DNA of 63,899 bases, filler included, from Olpidium bornovanus S191 (taxonomy: Eukaryota; Fungi; Olpidiomycota), in NCBI GenBank assembly GCA_017911155.1. It is 26 parts of 26 records of this genome, joined end to end, with 100 filler letters (N's around TTAATTAATTAA, not from the genome) between each part and the next. Parts side by side here need not be neighbours in the genome. Positions count along the whole stretch, not along the records: positions 1 to 3,044 come from JAEFCI010003604.1; positions 3,145 to 4,336 come from JAEFCI010008921.1; positions 4,437 to 6,299 come from JAEFCI010000459.1; positions 6,400 to 9,550 come from JAEFCI010013100.1; 22 more parts are not named here. One strand, given 5' to 3'. A model generated the notes under the pieces. The model saw nothing but the letters and a program-made list of their open reading frames with translations. It made no database searches and had not been told where the DNA came from. Both the position numbers and the translations under genes were made by a program. Each line of letters opens with the position of its first letter. Position 1 is the stretch's first letter. Below are positions 1 through 9,248 of this stretch, in pieces.

Positions 1-657
1 CATGGCCGGCCGGACGAAACGCCGCTAGCTTTCCGCTCGCCAACATCTGACGGCTCGGGGTTGATGGCTGGCAGCGACCGGGGCCTCTCCCCCGCGGCCC
101 TGGCTGTGGTCGCGATGGCGGCCGCGAGGGCACGTTCGGGGATCGGGAGCGCGGAGGATCGCTCGCGGGTGCCCTCGCGCGGGCCGGATTTCTTCCCGGA
201 ACCGCTTGAACCTCGCGGACGCGGCCAGCAGCAACCCCCGCCTCAGGAGCGCTTTCTGGTCCCGGAGCCGGCCCTGCCACCCCGTCACCACCACGATTCC
301 TACCGCGACCACAACGGGTATCCCCTCCGGCCATCCCCGCCGTCCGGACACCGCCTCGACCAACGCCGCCCACCGTGGGAACCGCAGGTGCTCCAGCACG
401 GCGAGCTGCGCGACGACGCCGAGAGGCCGCCGTGGGAGGCCGGGACCCTGTTGCGCATGCCGCTGGGGGCGCGCGTGCTCGCGCAGAATCACGGATGGCG
501 GGGTCCGCCTTCTCCAGTGCCGCCGCAGCACCAAAGTCAGCACCAGGACCCGCGACAGAACCGGCAATCATTCAACCGTGGCCGCGGACGAGGTCGCGAC
601 CGCGCCGGATCTCCTCACGGTGCTGGACGCGGGGGCGACAAGTGGAAGGCAGGATGA
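1..657 (+). CDS. C-terminal fragment of a Pro/Arg/Gly-rich low-complexity protein ending in RG/RGG repeats
   Basis: Frame 1 is open from the contig edge to TGA at 655-657 and ends ...FNRGRGRGRDRAGSPHGAGRGGDKWKAG. No domain recognised. Confidence 0.45.
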   Translation, partial: HGRPDETPLAFRSPTSDGSGLMAGSDRGLSPAALAVVAMAAARARSGIGSAEDRSRVPSRGPDFFPEPLEPRGRGQQQPPPQERFLVPEPALPPRHHHDSYRDHNGYPLRPSPPSGHRLDQRRPPWEPQVLQHGELRDDAERPPWEAGTLLRMPLGARVLAQNHGWRGPPSPVPPQHQSQHQDPRQNRQSFNRGRGRGRDRAGSPHGAGRGGDKWKAG

Positions 658-1542
658 CAAACGCCCCGAGCGCGCCCGTTGCGGCACCCCGCCCGACCTC
701 TCCTTTAACCCGAATTCTTCTGCTATCTCCCCTCGCTACACGCCCTCCGCGTCCACCCACATCCCGCCCCTTCTCCCGTTGGCTCCCTCAATTGTCGACG
801 CCCCTCGAATGTCGACGCGGGATGCGCATTTTCGCACCGGTCCCGTCGCGAGACGAGGACCGTTCGTTCTCTCCCTCACACACACTTTTTTTTTTTCATT
901 GCACCCCTTTCCCCCAAGCGTTTCTCGTTTTGTCCCTATGTAAGTAAATGTCTTTTCAGCCAGATTCCGGCTAATACCTCCGATTGCTCCCCAATTTTCG
1001 GCCCCGCGTTCCGGAATGTCTCCGGTCTGCAGATGATTACCCCCTCGTTTGCGCTCGATTCTTGGTGCGGTAGTTCCCGGCCCCCTCCCCCCCTTTTTCC
1101 CCTCCTTTGGCAGATTGAGCAAATCAAAAACGTGGCGTCCGCGATCTGTGCGGCCGGAGCTGAAAAAAGAAAAGCGCGGAGCGGTCGTCGCTTTGCGTTC
1201 GCGCGAAAGGAGGAGAGGGGGAGGGGGCAGCAGAGTTGTGGTTGCGCGGCGGTGTTCATTTGCCTGCGGGGTGAAACCCGAATTTGGTGTTTCGTGGTTG
1301 GGGAACGCGTCAGCTTCGCGGTCACGTGATTCGACAACCGGGGCCGCCCTCCGCCCGTACCCCCTTTCCCCCCCGACTCTCCCTCGACCCCCTCCCAACC
1401 GAAAACCCGCCACGGTTGTCCACGCGGGAAAACGATTAACAACTGTACACAACTGGAGGCGACGTAGTCCAGGCAGATGAAGCGAGGCGTCCGCGAGACG
1501 GGAGAGAGCACCAAGGAGCGGGCGGGGGCGACGGCCGAGGCG

Positions 1543-2143
1543 ATGCCGGGGATAGCTAGCGGCCGCCACCAAAAGGGGGGCAGCGTGGCGCCCCAGGTCG
1601 ATTTCTCGGCGCCGCGCACCCACGAGCATGTCAGCGAGAAGCCCTCGCCGCTCGAGGACTTCCACTGGGAGTACACCGAGGAGCCGCACGCGACTCGCCG
1701 GAAGCAGATCCTCGCCAGGCACCCCGAAGTCAAGGCGCTCTTTGGGCCGTGCCCCGCGACGAAGTATGTCACCGCCGCCCTCGTGGCCCTGCAGCTCGCG
1801 CTCGCCGTCCACCTGCGGGACCAGCCGGTTTTCTCCTGGAAGTACCTCGCCGTCCTCTACTTCGTCGGCGGCACCGCGAACCACGCCCTTATGCTCGCCA
1901 ACCACGAGATATCCCACAACCTCGCGTTCAAGTCCATCGCGCTTAACCGCCTCCTCGCCATGTTCGCGAACTTGCCAATCGGCCTCCCGTACTCGGTGGC
2001 GTTCAAAGGCTACCACGCCGAGCATCACAAGTTCCAGGGCGTCGACGACGTGGACACCGACATCCCCACGGAGGTCGAGGCGAAGTACATCAGGGGCCGC
2101 GTGGGCAAATTTCTCTTCTGTGTTTTCCAGATATTCTTCTACG
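1543..2143 (+). CDS. DES1: Sphingolipid delta-4 (dihydroceramide) desaturase, first exon; the rest is missing
   Basis: N-terminal Lipid_DES motif DFHWEYTEEPHATRRKQIL, His boxes HEISH and HAEHH, and DTDIPT. Donor GTGAGT at 2144. An alternative in-frame ATG lies at 1477. Confidence 0.95.
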
Positions 2144-2495
2144 GTGAGTGTGGGCTCGGCCCGAAACATGTGTGTGACTTGGCACTCAAAAGTGGGCCTG
2201 GGGGGGGGGGGGGGGGGGGGGGTTTCGGGGCGGGGGGGGGGGCCGGGGGGGGGGGGGGGGGGGCCGGTTTTTTTTTTTTTTTTTTTTTTTTCGCCCGCCG
2301 CGGCTTTTCGTCTTCTCGCAGGAAGGGGGGGGGGGGTTGTTGGAAAGGGGGAGGCATAGTAAAGGGGGGGCACTGCGCACTCTCCGCCCCTGCACCGTAG
2401 TTCTCCCCCTCGTACATATAGAATAAACAAAGGCGGCGGAAAATACAGCCTCGGTAGAGCTCCTCCGTACCCCGAAGAACCGTCTACGTTCTTCA

Positions 2496-2507
2496 GGTTA
2501 TGAGCCC
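2496..2507 (+). promoter_or_regulatory. Copia-type primer-binding site (complementary to the 5' half of tRNAiMet), copy 1
   Basis: ...CTTCA|GGTTATGAGCCC. This is the reverse complement of GGGCTCATAACC, the anticodon arm of fungal initiator tRNA-Met, as in Drosophila copia/Ty5-type half-tRNA priming. Confidence 0.75.
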
Positions 2508-2586
2508 AATCGTGACTTTGTCCCTCCGATTGTGGTTGCGCGGGTGGCCGAGCCCCGTTGACAGCAGTGCCTGAGGTGCCTGGCTC

Positions 2587-2595
2587 GAGAGGGGG
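2587..2595 (+). promoter_or_regulatory. Polypurine tract (GAGAGGGGG) directly before the LTR
   Basis: GAGAGGGGG|TGTTGG. The 13-mer TCGAGAGGGGGTG also marks the PPT/LTR junction of the copia at 38079-38091 (minus strand). Confidence 0.75.
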
Positions 2596-2727
2596 TGTTG
2601 GAATGGTTTCGCAGGGCGAGCCAGACACCTGGCAAATAGGGCAGATAGCTCAGTTGGTAAAGCGTCCCTCCGGGATAGGGAAGGTCCCGAGTTTGACCCT
2701 CGGTCGGCCCATTTTTGATGCGCAACA
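2596..2727 (+). mobile_element. 132-bp copia-type LTR containing a tRNA-derived sequence
   Basis: Terminal inverted repeats TGTTG (2596-2600) and CAACA (2723-2727), with a PPT directly upstream and a PBS directly downstream. Confidence 0.8.
2639..2711 (+). pseudogene. tRNA-like cloverleaf (73 nt, GGG at the anticodon position), probably a tRNA-derived Pol III promoter or pseudogene
   Basis: Acceptor stem GGGCAGA/TCGGCCC (1 mismatch), discriminator A, D arm GCTC-AGTTGGTA-AAGC, anticodon arm TCCCT-CCGGGAT-AGGGA, variable loop AGGTC, T arm CCGAG-TTTGACC-CTCGG, then TTTTT at 2712-2716. Non-canonical positions are A5, A22, C33 and T56. Confidence 0.85.
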
Positions 2728-2739
2728 GGTTATGAGCCC
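2728..2739 (+). promoter_or_regulatory. Copia-type primer-binding site (complementary to the 5' half of tRNAiMet), copy 2
   Basis: CAACA|GGTTATGAGCCC directly after the LTR. The 16-mer CAGGTTATGAGCCCAA is identical at 2494-2509 and 2726-2741. Confidence 0.8.
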
Positions 2740-2773
2740 AACCCGCGACCAACTCCCTGTCAAAGACGCAACC

Positions 2774-3044
2774 ATGGAAGACGGTCGCATGCTCCCGCGA
2801 CACAGTAGCCGGCTGCGGCTGCGCGACGAAACGCTCAGCATGCCGGGAGCGTTGACCACGAGCCAAGACGAAAACGGCAGCGTGGCGTCAACGGCCTCCC
2901 GCATCTCGCGCATGTACGTGGCGGACTCCCTTCGGGCACTCCAGGAGCGCCACCAGAAGGAAGACGAGAAAAGGCATAGGGAACGGGAGCTGGAAGACCT
3001 ACGTCTGCGCCTGGCAAGAGCCGAGGAACACTCCAGGGTACTGG
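2774..3044 (+). CDS. Open ORF just after the PBS; possible gag N-terminus, truncated by the contig end
   Basis: ATG 35 nt after the PBS; about 90 codons open to the contig edge, with a charged helical stretch (LRALQERHQKEDEKRHRERELEDLRLRLARAEE). The gag call rests on position only. Confidence 0.35.
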
Positions 3045-3144
3045 NNNNNNNNNNNNNNNNNNNNNNNNNNNNNNNNNNNNNNNNNNNNTTAATTAATTAA
3101 NNNNNNNNNNNNNNNNNNNNNNNNNNNNNNNNNNNNNNNNNNNN
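3045..3144. other. Artificial contig spacer (N44 + TTAATTAATTAA + N44), first of 25
   Basis: Identical 100-nt spacers with stops in all six frames at 3045-3144, 4337-4436, 6300-6399, 9551-9650, 11463-11562, 12671-12770, 20062-20161, 21846-21945, 23543-23642, 26706-26805, 30593-30692, 32579-32678, 33788-33887, 36227-36326, 39194-39293, 43543-43642, 47552-47651, 49053-49152, 51274-51373, 54973-55072, 56309-56408, 57424-57523, 58810-58909, 61242-61341 and 62686-62785. Confidence 0.99.
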
Positions 3145-3326
3145 AAAAGGGCTTTCGCGAACGCTGGATCCAAGGGCGTTCTTGACCGACCTTGACCGTC
3201 TCGGCCGGTGTCTGCGCGCGGCCGCATTTTATCGTTTTTGACAATTTCCACGTGCCGAGTACATGCGTTGAGTGGATGCTCTGATTGGTTTTGGGAAAAG
3301 CCAAGGTAACGCTGGGGAGCGTCCAA

Positions 3327-3366
<40 letters not shown>

Positions 3367-3477
3367 TAACAAAAAATAAGGAATTGCGCGACCCGTTCGG
3401 CCTGAATAACGATGCGGAAAAGGTAAAAAAAAAAAAAAAAAAAAAAATTGCGTTCTGTCTGGGGGCAAGAAACGTAC

Positions 3478-4336
3478 ATCGGGAAGGTCATAACAACAAC
3501 CCAGTTGGAGAAGTAGTTTGCAAAGTTCGCCACGCCGGCGGCGACGGCCACGGCTTTGGTCGGGAAGAGCTGGTGCGAGGCAGAGGCACATCAGATTTGG
3601 CCAGTAGGTTCGGGCAAGACGAGAAGGAAACGCGTGGGTGGGAGCAAGAGACATGAAATATCCCCGTACCTCAGGAGTAATCACGAATGGAATGGGGCCA
3701 AGGCCGACGGCGAAACTCGCGACATATAGGTTGATGCCAAGGACAACCACGAGGGGCGCGTCGAAGATCTGGCCGGCGACCACCATGGCGGTAAACAGGG
3801 CCATTCCCAAGAGGCTGAAGCCCATGAGCGTCTTGCGGCCGTACGTGTCCACGAGGAAGATCGCAGGGAAGGTGGAGCCGAGGTTCACCAGCGAAACGCC
3901 GAGGGTCAGCATGCCGGCGACGTCCGGGTACGATTTTTCGAATATGCTCGTCGAGTACATGAAGATGCTGTTGATGCCCGTTATCTGCTGGCAGAAGTGG
4001 ATCCCGACCGCGATCAGCAGCATCCTGCGCAGGCGGGCGTCCCGCAAGACTTCGGAGAAGGACAGCGGGGCGGAGCTGCCCGAGGCCGCTGCCGCCGAAT
4101 CGCGGGCGTCGACAGCCTCGCCGCTTTCGAGAGCGGCGCCCCTCGCGACGATGATGTCCGCGCTGGTTCTGCGCGCCACCTCCCCGCCGTCGAGCATACC
4201 GGCGCGCTCGGCGTCGGCTGCGCTGGACTCGTCATCGAACGTGAACAGCGCGGGCCTAACCGCGACGACGTCCCCCCAGCCGGCCGCTTTTTTCGCCAGC
4301 GGAACGTCAGCGCAGTACCCCTGGGACTTGAGCATG
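3478..4336 (-). CDS. MFS sugar (hexose/GLUT-like) transporter, internal/C-terminal fragment
   Basis: QQITGINSIFMYS, LVDTYGRKTL and GLGPIPFVITPE|LFPTKAV motifs. Intron at 3669-3570 and a further donor at 3477. Confidence 0.92.
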
Positions 4337-4588
4337 NNNNNNNNNNNNNNNNNNNNNNNNNNNNNNNNNNNNNNNNNNNNTTAATTAATTAANNNNNNNN
4401 NNNNNNNNNNNNNNNNNNNNNNNNNNNNNNNNNNNNCATGCTCTGCAGCACCCAAACGACGCCAGCGAGGATCGATTCCGGAGTTCGATCCGCCCGCCGC
4501 ACAGTTCACCTGGCCCGGCACAGATGAGCCGCATTACCACTCCTCACCCGCTCTCACTCCGTCATCACCGGCCTCCGCCAAGCCGCCA

Positions 4589-5683
4589 ATGCCGGTGCCG
4601 GCACGCCCGCCAAGGATAAACTCTCAGCAGCTCCACTTGTCCACACAGCGATCACCGTTGTCAACCGGAGACCTGTTGGAGGAAAAGAAGCACCCCCTGA
4701 GTCTCTCGTCGCTGCCAAGAGTCTCTCTCTCAAGCTCAGACTTGGAAAAAAACAGCCGGCCTATGACGCCACCCTCGGTTAGCGCTCGAGGACCATACCA
4801 AGAGTTGGCGGTAGACAATTTTCCCAGGAATGTAGGTTCTCCGGACCGGCCGCCCAAACCGCGCAAGGCCATGTCGGTCCCGGGGTTGAGTTACTCAGCG
4901 CCAGCGCGGTCGGCAACCGACGATGTCGGTGTTGAGCGGCACCGGACACGATCGCAGCCAATCTGGATCCCGCCACCTCCGCAACCCTGCACGCGTTGGA
5001 GAGACGTCGGCGCGACCGGAAATCCGTCGGCGCGGCCGTCAGCTTCGACCAGCCGCCGGCGGAACCCCGTCATGTACTCTCTGGTTCCCGGCCCACCCGT
5101 TCCTCCGGAAGTCCTTAAGGCGGCGTTTGAGTGCCCGGCTGCGCCGCCCCCCGGCGGGAAGCCGCCCCCGCGACCTTCTTTCGTCCCGAGGCACGTACGC
5201 CCGCGCGGCTCCATCGGCGAAGAGCCGGGGACGTCGGCGGACAAGGAGACGGAACTCGCGCGGGCGGCAGGCGAGCCGGCGTCTTCGGACGACAGCCGCG
5301 CGGTTGTCCCGCGGGAAACGTCAGCATCGCCGGCGGCGTCGACGGTGTCGTCGGAAATGGAGGCCGCCGCTCCGGCAACCGCAGCGCCGGCCGCACCGGA
5401 AATATCCGCGGAGATTTCGACCCCGCCGGCGAGCCGATACCCCGCCGGCACCAGGGAGGGCGGCGCCCCGCCCGCAACACCGGCGGAGCCCGACATCGCG
5501 GGCCCGGAAGCGCGAGCGCTCGCGTCTCGGCCGCTCACGCCAGGCGCGAAAGGCGCACGGCGCCCTCCTGGTACCACCCAGGGCAGCGTCAGGCGAGCAC
5601 GCGCGCCGCCGCCGCCGCCGCCGCCGGGGGCGCAGGCGCCAAGGGCGGACGAGGTGGCGGCGGGCTCGGCTGCACCGCCGTGA
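4589..5683 (+). CDS. Hypothetical Pro/Ala/Ser-rich low-complexity protein
   Basis: 364-codon ORF with no recognisable domain. Long ORFs arise easily at this GC content. Confidence 0.3.
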   Translation: MPVPARPPRINSQQLHLSTQRSPLSTGDLLEEKKHPLSLSSLPRVSLSSSDLEKNSRPMTPPSVSARGPYQELAVDNFPRNVGSPDRPPKPRKAMSVPGLSYSAPARSATDDVGVERHRTRSQPIWIPPPPQPCTRWRDVGATGNPSARPSASTSRRRNPVMYSLVPGPPVPPEVLKAAFECPAAPPPGGKPPPRPSFVPRHVRPRGSIGEEPGTSADKETELARAAGEPASSDDSRAVVPRETSASPAASTVSSEMEAAAPATAAPAAPEISAEISTPPASRYPAGTREGGAPPATPAEPDIAGPEARALASRPLTPGAKGARRPPGTTQGSVRRARAPPPPPPPGAQAPRADEVAAGSAAPP

Positions 5684-6119
5684 GCAAACCATCCGCGACC
5701 GCACGCACCACGCGCGCGGTGGCCCAACGGGCGCGCCCTCACCCGCGCGGACCGAAAGAAGAAATGGATTCAACACCAGGCGACCGCCACCCACCCGCAG
5801 CAACCACACACACCCACCCAAGGCGGCGATACGTCGCGAACCAATCGATTGCAAACGAACAGCTCTCCGCACACACCCAATAGATCATCCCAACCACACA
5901 CCCCCCACCCCCCAAGTCACCCGCACCCACTCACACACAGCCCGCATCTCGTCATCCCCCCCGGCTCACCACGGCGCCTGCGTGTGCTTACCCTGCCTGT
6001 CCGAGCCACCAGGCAACACGGCGGGTTCGAATGTAAAAAAATTCGCCGGGGCTGGTGTGTAAGGTCGGGCCCCATATTCTCCAAATGGCGGAGTTTCGCG
6101 TTTCGTCGTAGGTCGGCGA

Positions 6120-6299
6120 GGATTTCGCACGGGATACAGCTCCAGTTGGAATTGATCATACCCAGAGTACAAATCACCCATGGAGTGTATTGCTCGTCCC
6201 GCAAACTTCTCCACGTACTCCCCCAGAAGAAGCGCGACGCCGGCATCACGAAACGCCGGTATCACGAATGGTAATTTTGTTGACAGGTTGTAATTCCCG
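6120..6299 (-). mobile_element. Degenerate Ty3/gypsy reverse transcriptase fragment
   Basis: ELQPVNKITIRD...FAGRAIHSMGDLYSGYDQFQL (DLYSGYDQFQL at 6175-6143). Frameshifted by an imperfect duplication of about 16 bp at 6235-6266. Confidence 0.75.
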
Positions 6300-6399
6300 N
6301 NNNNNNNNNNNNNNNNNNNNNNNNNNNNNNNNNNNNNNNNNNNTTAATTAATTAANNNNNNNNNNNNNNNNNNNNNNNNNNNNNNNNNNNNNNNNNNNN

Positions 6400-6951
6400 A
6401 CGGCCGCCAGCGTCGCCGGACGCGCCAGTCGGCGCCGCCGGCGAGGGCGCGTCCGCTTGGCTCCCAGGGGATAGCATTTGCACTGCGACTTTGGTCCTCA
6501 GCACCGTGTAATTCATGTAGGAGACCATTGCTTGGAACCCGAGCTGCCACAGGGTGAGCAGAAGCACAAGCGTCCCCTCTTCTCCTTCAGTCCACGCGGC
6601 GTGGTTCAGCGTGTGGTGGACGACCACAGGCATCCTCTCGAGATTCGTGATCGGGTAGAGTAGCAGCCACAGCGCAGCCAATGCCATCGAACAGACGGCG
6701 AGTGACGTCGCGACCAGAGATGCGGCCGAGAAGAACATCGAGCACGCAGTCTCAAGCGGAGTCTGGACAGTCGGTTCCGGGTAATACGGCTTATGCCCAT
6801 GCTGAACGGGTCCCGGATCGCGCCCCCCGTCCCCGTGCGCCGCCGCCGCGCCGCCGGTTGTCGGTGCAGCTTCCCGCTGCTCGCGTCCGGAGCCGACGGT
6901 CCACATTGCGCTCGCCGCACGAAACCGTTCGTGACGATCCCGCTCGCACAC
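6400..6951 (-). CDS. Hypothetical membrane protein (two hydrophobic segments), divergent from the KIAA0930-like gene
   Basis: Open frame with the hydrophobic stretches FFSAASLVATSLAVCSMALAALWLLLYPI and TLVLLLTLWQLGFQAMVSYM; runs off the contig. Confidence 0.35.
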
Positions 6952-7560
6952 CGCGCTTCTGCGCCTTGTTTCGTTCCGGCCGCCGGAGATCCTACGCCGC
7001 TTTCAATCCGCGAACCTCGGCTGCGGGAGGGGCTCCGGCGGCTTGGGAGCGCGGAAACATTTATTTCCGCGCGGGCGGGCAGCCGCCGTCCGTTCCCAAT
7101 GACAACGACGACATCCCCGGCCGCTGGGGGTTTTCTCTTCGTCTCGTTTCGGGCGAGCCAAGAAGGCAAAAGGGAGCGGGCGCTAGCAACCGCCTCTCGC
7201 GCAGTTCCGCACACTGAAAAACGCCGAGGAGGCGTCATCAGACTCTCCGGGCAGGCAGCAGCCGCGCGCAGTCTGCCTAGGCAACGGCAACCAGACGGCG
7301 CCAGGCGGCGGAGACGGTCGGCGACGAGCTCCAGAGCAACGACGGAAGCGCGGTGAGCTGGGGCGAGAAACTGGACAGACTGCGCACGGGACATTACGTG
7401 ACTCCTCTGGCGTGGAGATGACCCCCTCATTCCACCCAACTTGCCCAACCTTACGCTGTCCCCTCGTTGCGCAAAATTTCTGACCCTTTGAAAAAAAGGA
7501 CAGATCGAATCACAGAACGCGGGAAACGCCAAAGATCGAGGCGGGTGTTGCTTCGGCCTC

Positions 7561-9248
7561 ATGCCTCCACTCGCGGACATCCTGAAGAGGCTGTCCGAGG
7601 AGGGCCTGCTGCAGCCCGCGTCCGCCGCAACCCCGAACCCGCCGGCCTTGCGCGGCGACTTGGTCGGGAGTCGTGCGACGGCAGACGCTTATGACTCCGA
7701 CCCGAGGTGTGATGAGCCCACGTGGCTGTCTGTGTGCTCTGGTGCTCTCAAAAGTGGGGCGGTGAGGGGAAAGGAGAGGAGGGCGGTTGCTGACTTCATC
7801 AAACTGGCTCGCGCGCGACCCAAGGTGGGCGCGCCTCGCCCTCGAATACTTCATAGAACACAATGGCGACGACGGCGGCGACGACATGCTGTTCTTCGTG
7901 CGGGACACCGGGCGCGGCGCCCCGCCGCGCCCCAACTTGCCAGAGGGCCGCAGCACGCCGGTCGCCTCTTCGCCGGATCCGGCGCAGGCCCTTGCGGAGC
8001 TCGCAGAAACGGAAACGGAAAGCGTCTTCGTGAGGCGGAAGACCTCCGGACGCCACGCGATTTCGGGGCTCGCGGACATCGTTTACTGGAAGGCCACGTT
8101 TTTCTTGAACGTCATCTGCCAGGTGCGAAAAAAGGTCGAAGGCGGGGGGTGGGCAGCGGGCCGATTCCCTTCCCGGCTCACGCGCGCCGCTCAAACGCCT
8201 AAACAGCTCCCGTGCCAGCTGACGGTCGCGGTTTGCCGAAAGGAAGCAGCCGACGAGGCGGAACCGACGAGACCAGACATGATCTGCACGTCCCGGCGCG
8301 TGTCGCGGCAGGTCTACGCGCTGCCCTCCCGTTCTAAAGTTAGCGGCGACACCTCCGCCCGCACGGCGGTCGGCTCGTCGCCCGGTGGTGCCGGCTGGGA
8401 GTGTTCGTTCCCTTTAGTGTATTTCACCGTGAACGACTTCGACGACGTTTTTGAGGACGTGGTTATAACGGAGGCGGAGCACCTGTGCGTCGAGCTCTCC
8501 GTCGCTTTTCCCACGCCCTTGACGGCGTCCGCAGTCGAGCGGAGCCGAACGGCGGCCGACGCCGGAAGGGGCAACGCGGACGGCCAGTTCCCGCCACGAC
8601 CCCCGCCTGGAATGACAAAAGTCGCCTTGTTCCAAGGCTCCGCGTCCTACGAAGCCCTCTACGGAGTGTACCTCGACAAGGCCGGCGGCAGAATTGCCCG
8701 GAGGTTGCGGCTCAGCAACAATCCTACGGAGTACGTGTTGATGAGGGGACCGGGCGGGAAGGGGCACGCGCAGGTACAACTGTTCCGTCTTCTGCCAGCC
8801 TGCATCCACAACCGCGCCGCTCGCCCCCTTCTCCCCGCGCACGTCTTCCTGCCGCCCGGGGATGTTAACTTGGCCGCCTCCCCTAATGCCGACCGTTGAA
8901 GGTCGCAGTCACCTCCTGCGGAACTTCATTGGTAGAGAATTTGCAGCCCGGTCCTGCCGAATCCTTGTCTTCGTCGATGCTGCCGGCCGCCGGTCGGCGT
9001 TACCCCCACGGTTTGTCGCTGCTCAACTCAGTGCGGCGGGCGGCGACGGCGATCGTGTCGGCACACTCCGCCCCGGCTGCTCCCGAGAACCTTCAATGTT
9101 GCATGACCTTCGTCAACATGCACTGGGCGTCGGTTGTCAAGTACGCGAAGTTCTTGTGCCCTAGCCGCCCGAAGTACTTCCACGTCAGGTCACTGACTTG
9201 CTGATTTTCAGTGACATCGCGAACGCCTACAGCAGAGCCGGACGATGA
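7561..9248 (+). CDS. KIAA0930/DUF2045-family uncharacterised conserved protein, multi-exon, apparently complete
   Basis: Motifs DDMLFFVR, VYALPSRSK, FPLVYFTVNDFDDVF, LCVELS, LFQGSASYEAL and EYVLMRGPGGKGHAQV. The last intron (9141-9211) has a CTGAC branch point; stop at 9246-9248. Confidence 0.82.

Noticed and set aside
736-2628. Long ORFs antisense to real genes or running through homopolymers (for example 736-2628 -, 3638-4384 +, 51920-53071 -, 56642-57475 +)
   Set aside because: These are shadow frames of GC-rich coding DNA, or poly-P/G/K/F translations of homopolymer runs.
2639-2711. Functional tRNA-Pro(GGG) gene
   Set aside because: It has four non-canonical positions, including U33 and C56, and sits inside an LTR; treated as tRNA-derived.
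3089-3100. TTAATTAATTAA as a regularly spaced repeat, CRISPR repeat or regulatory motif
   Set aside because: It is always centred in N44 padding; it is a six-frame stop linker added during concatenation.
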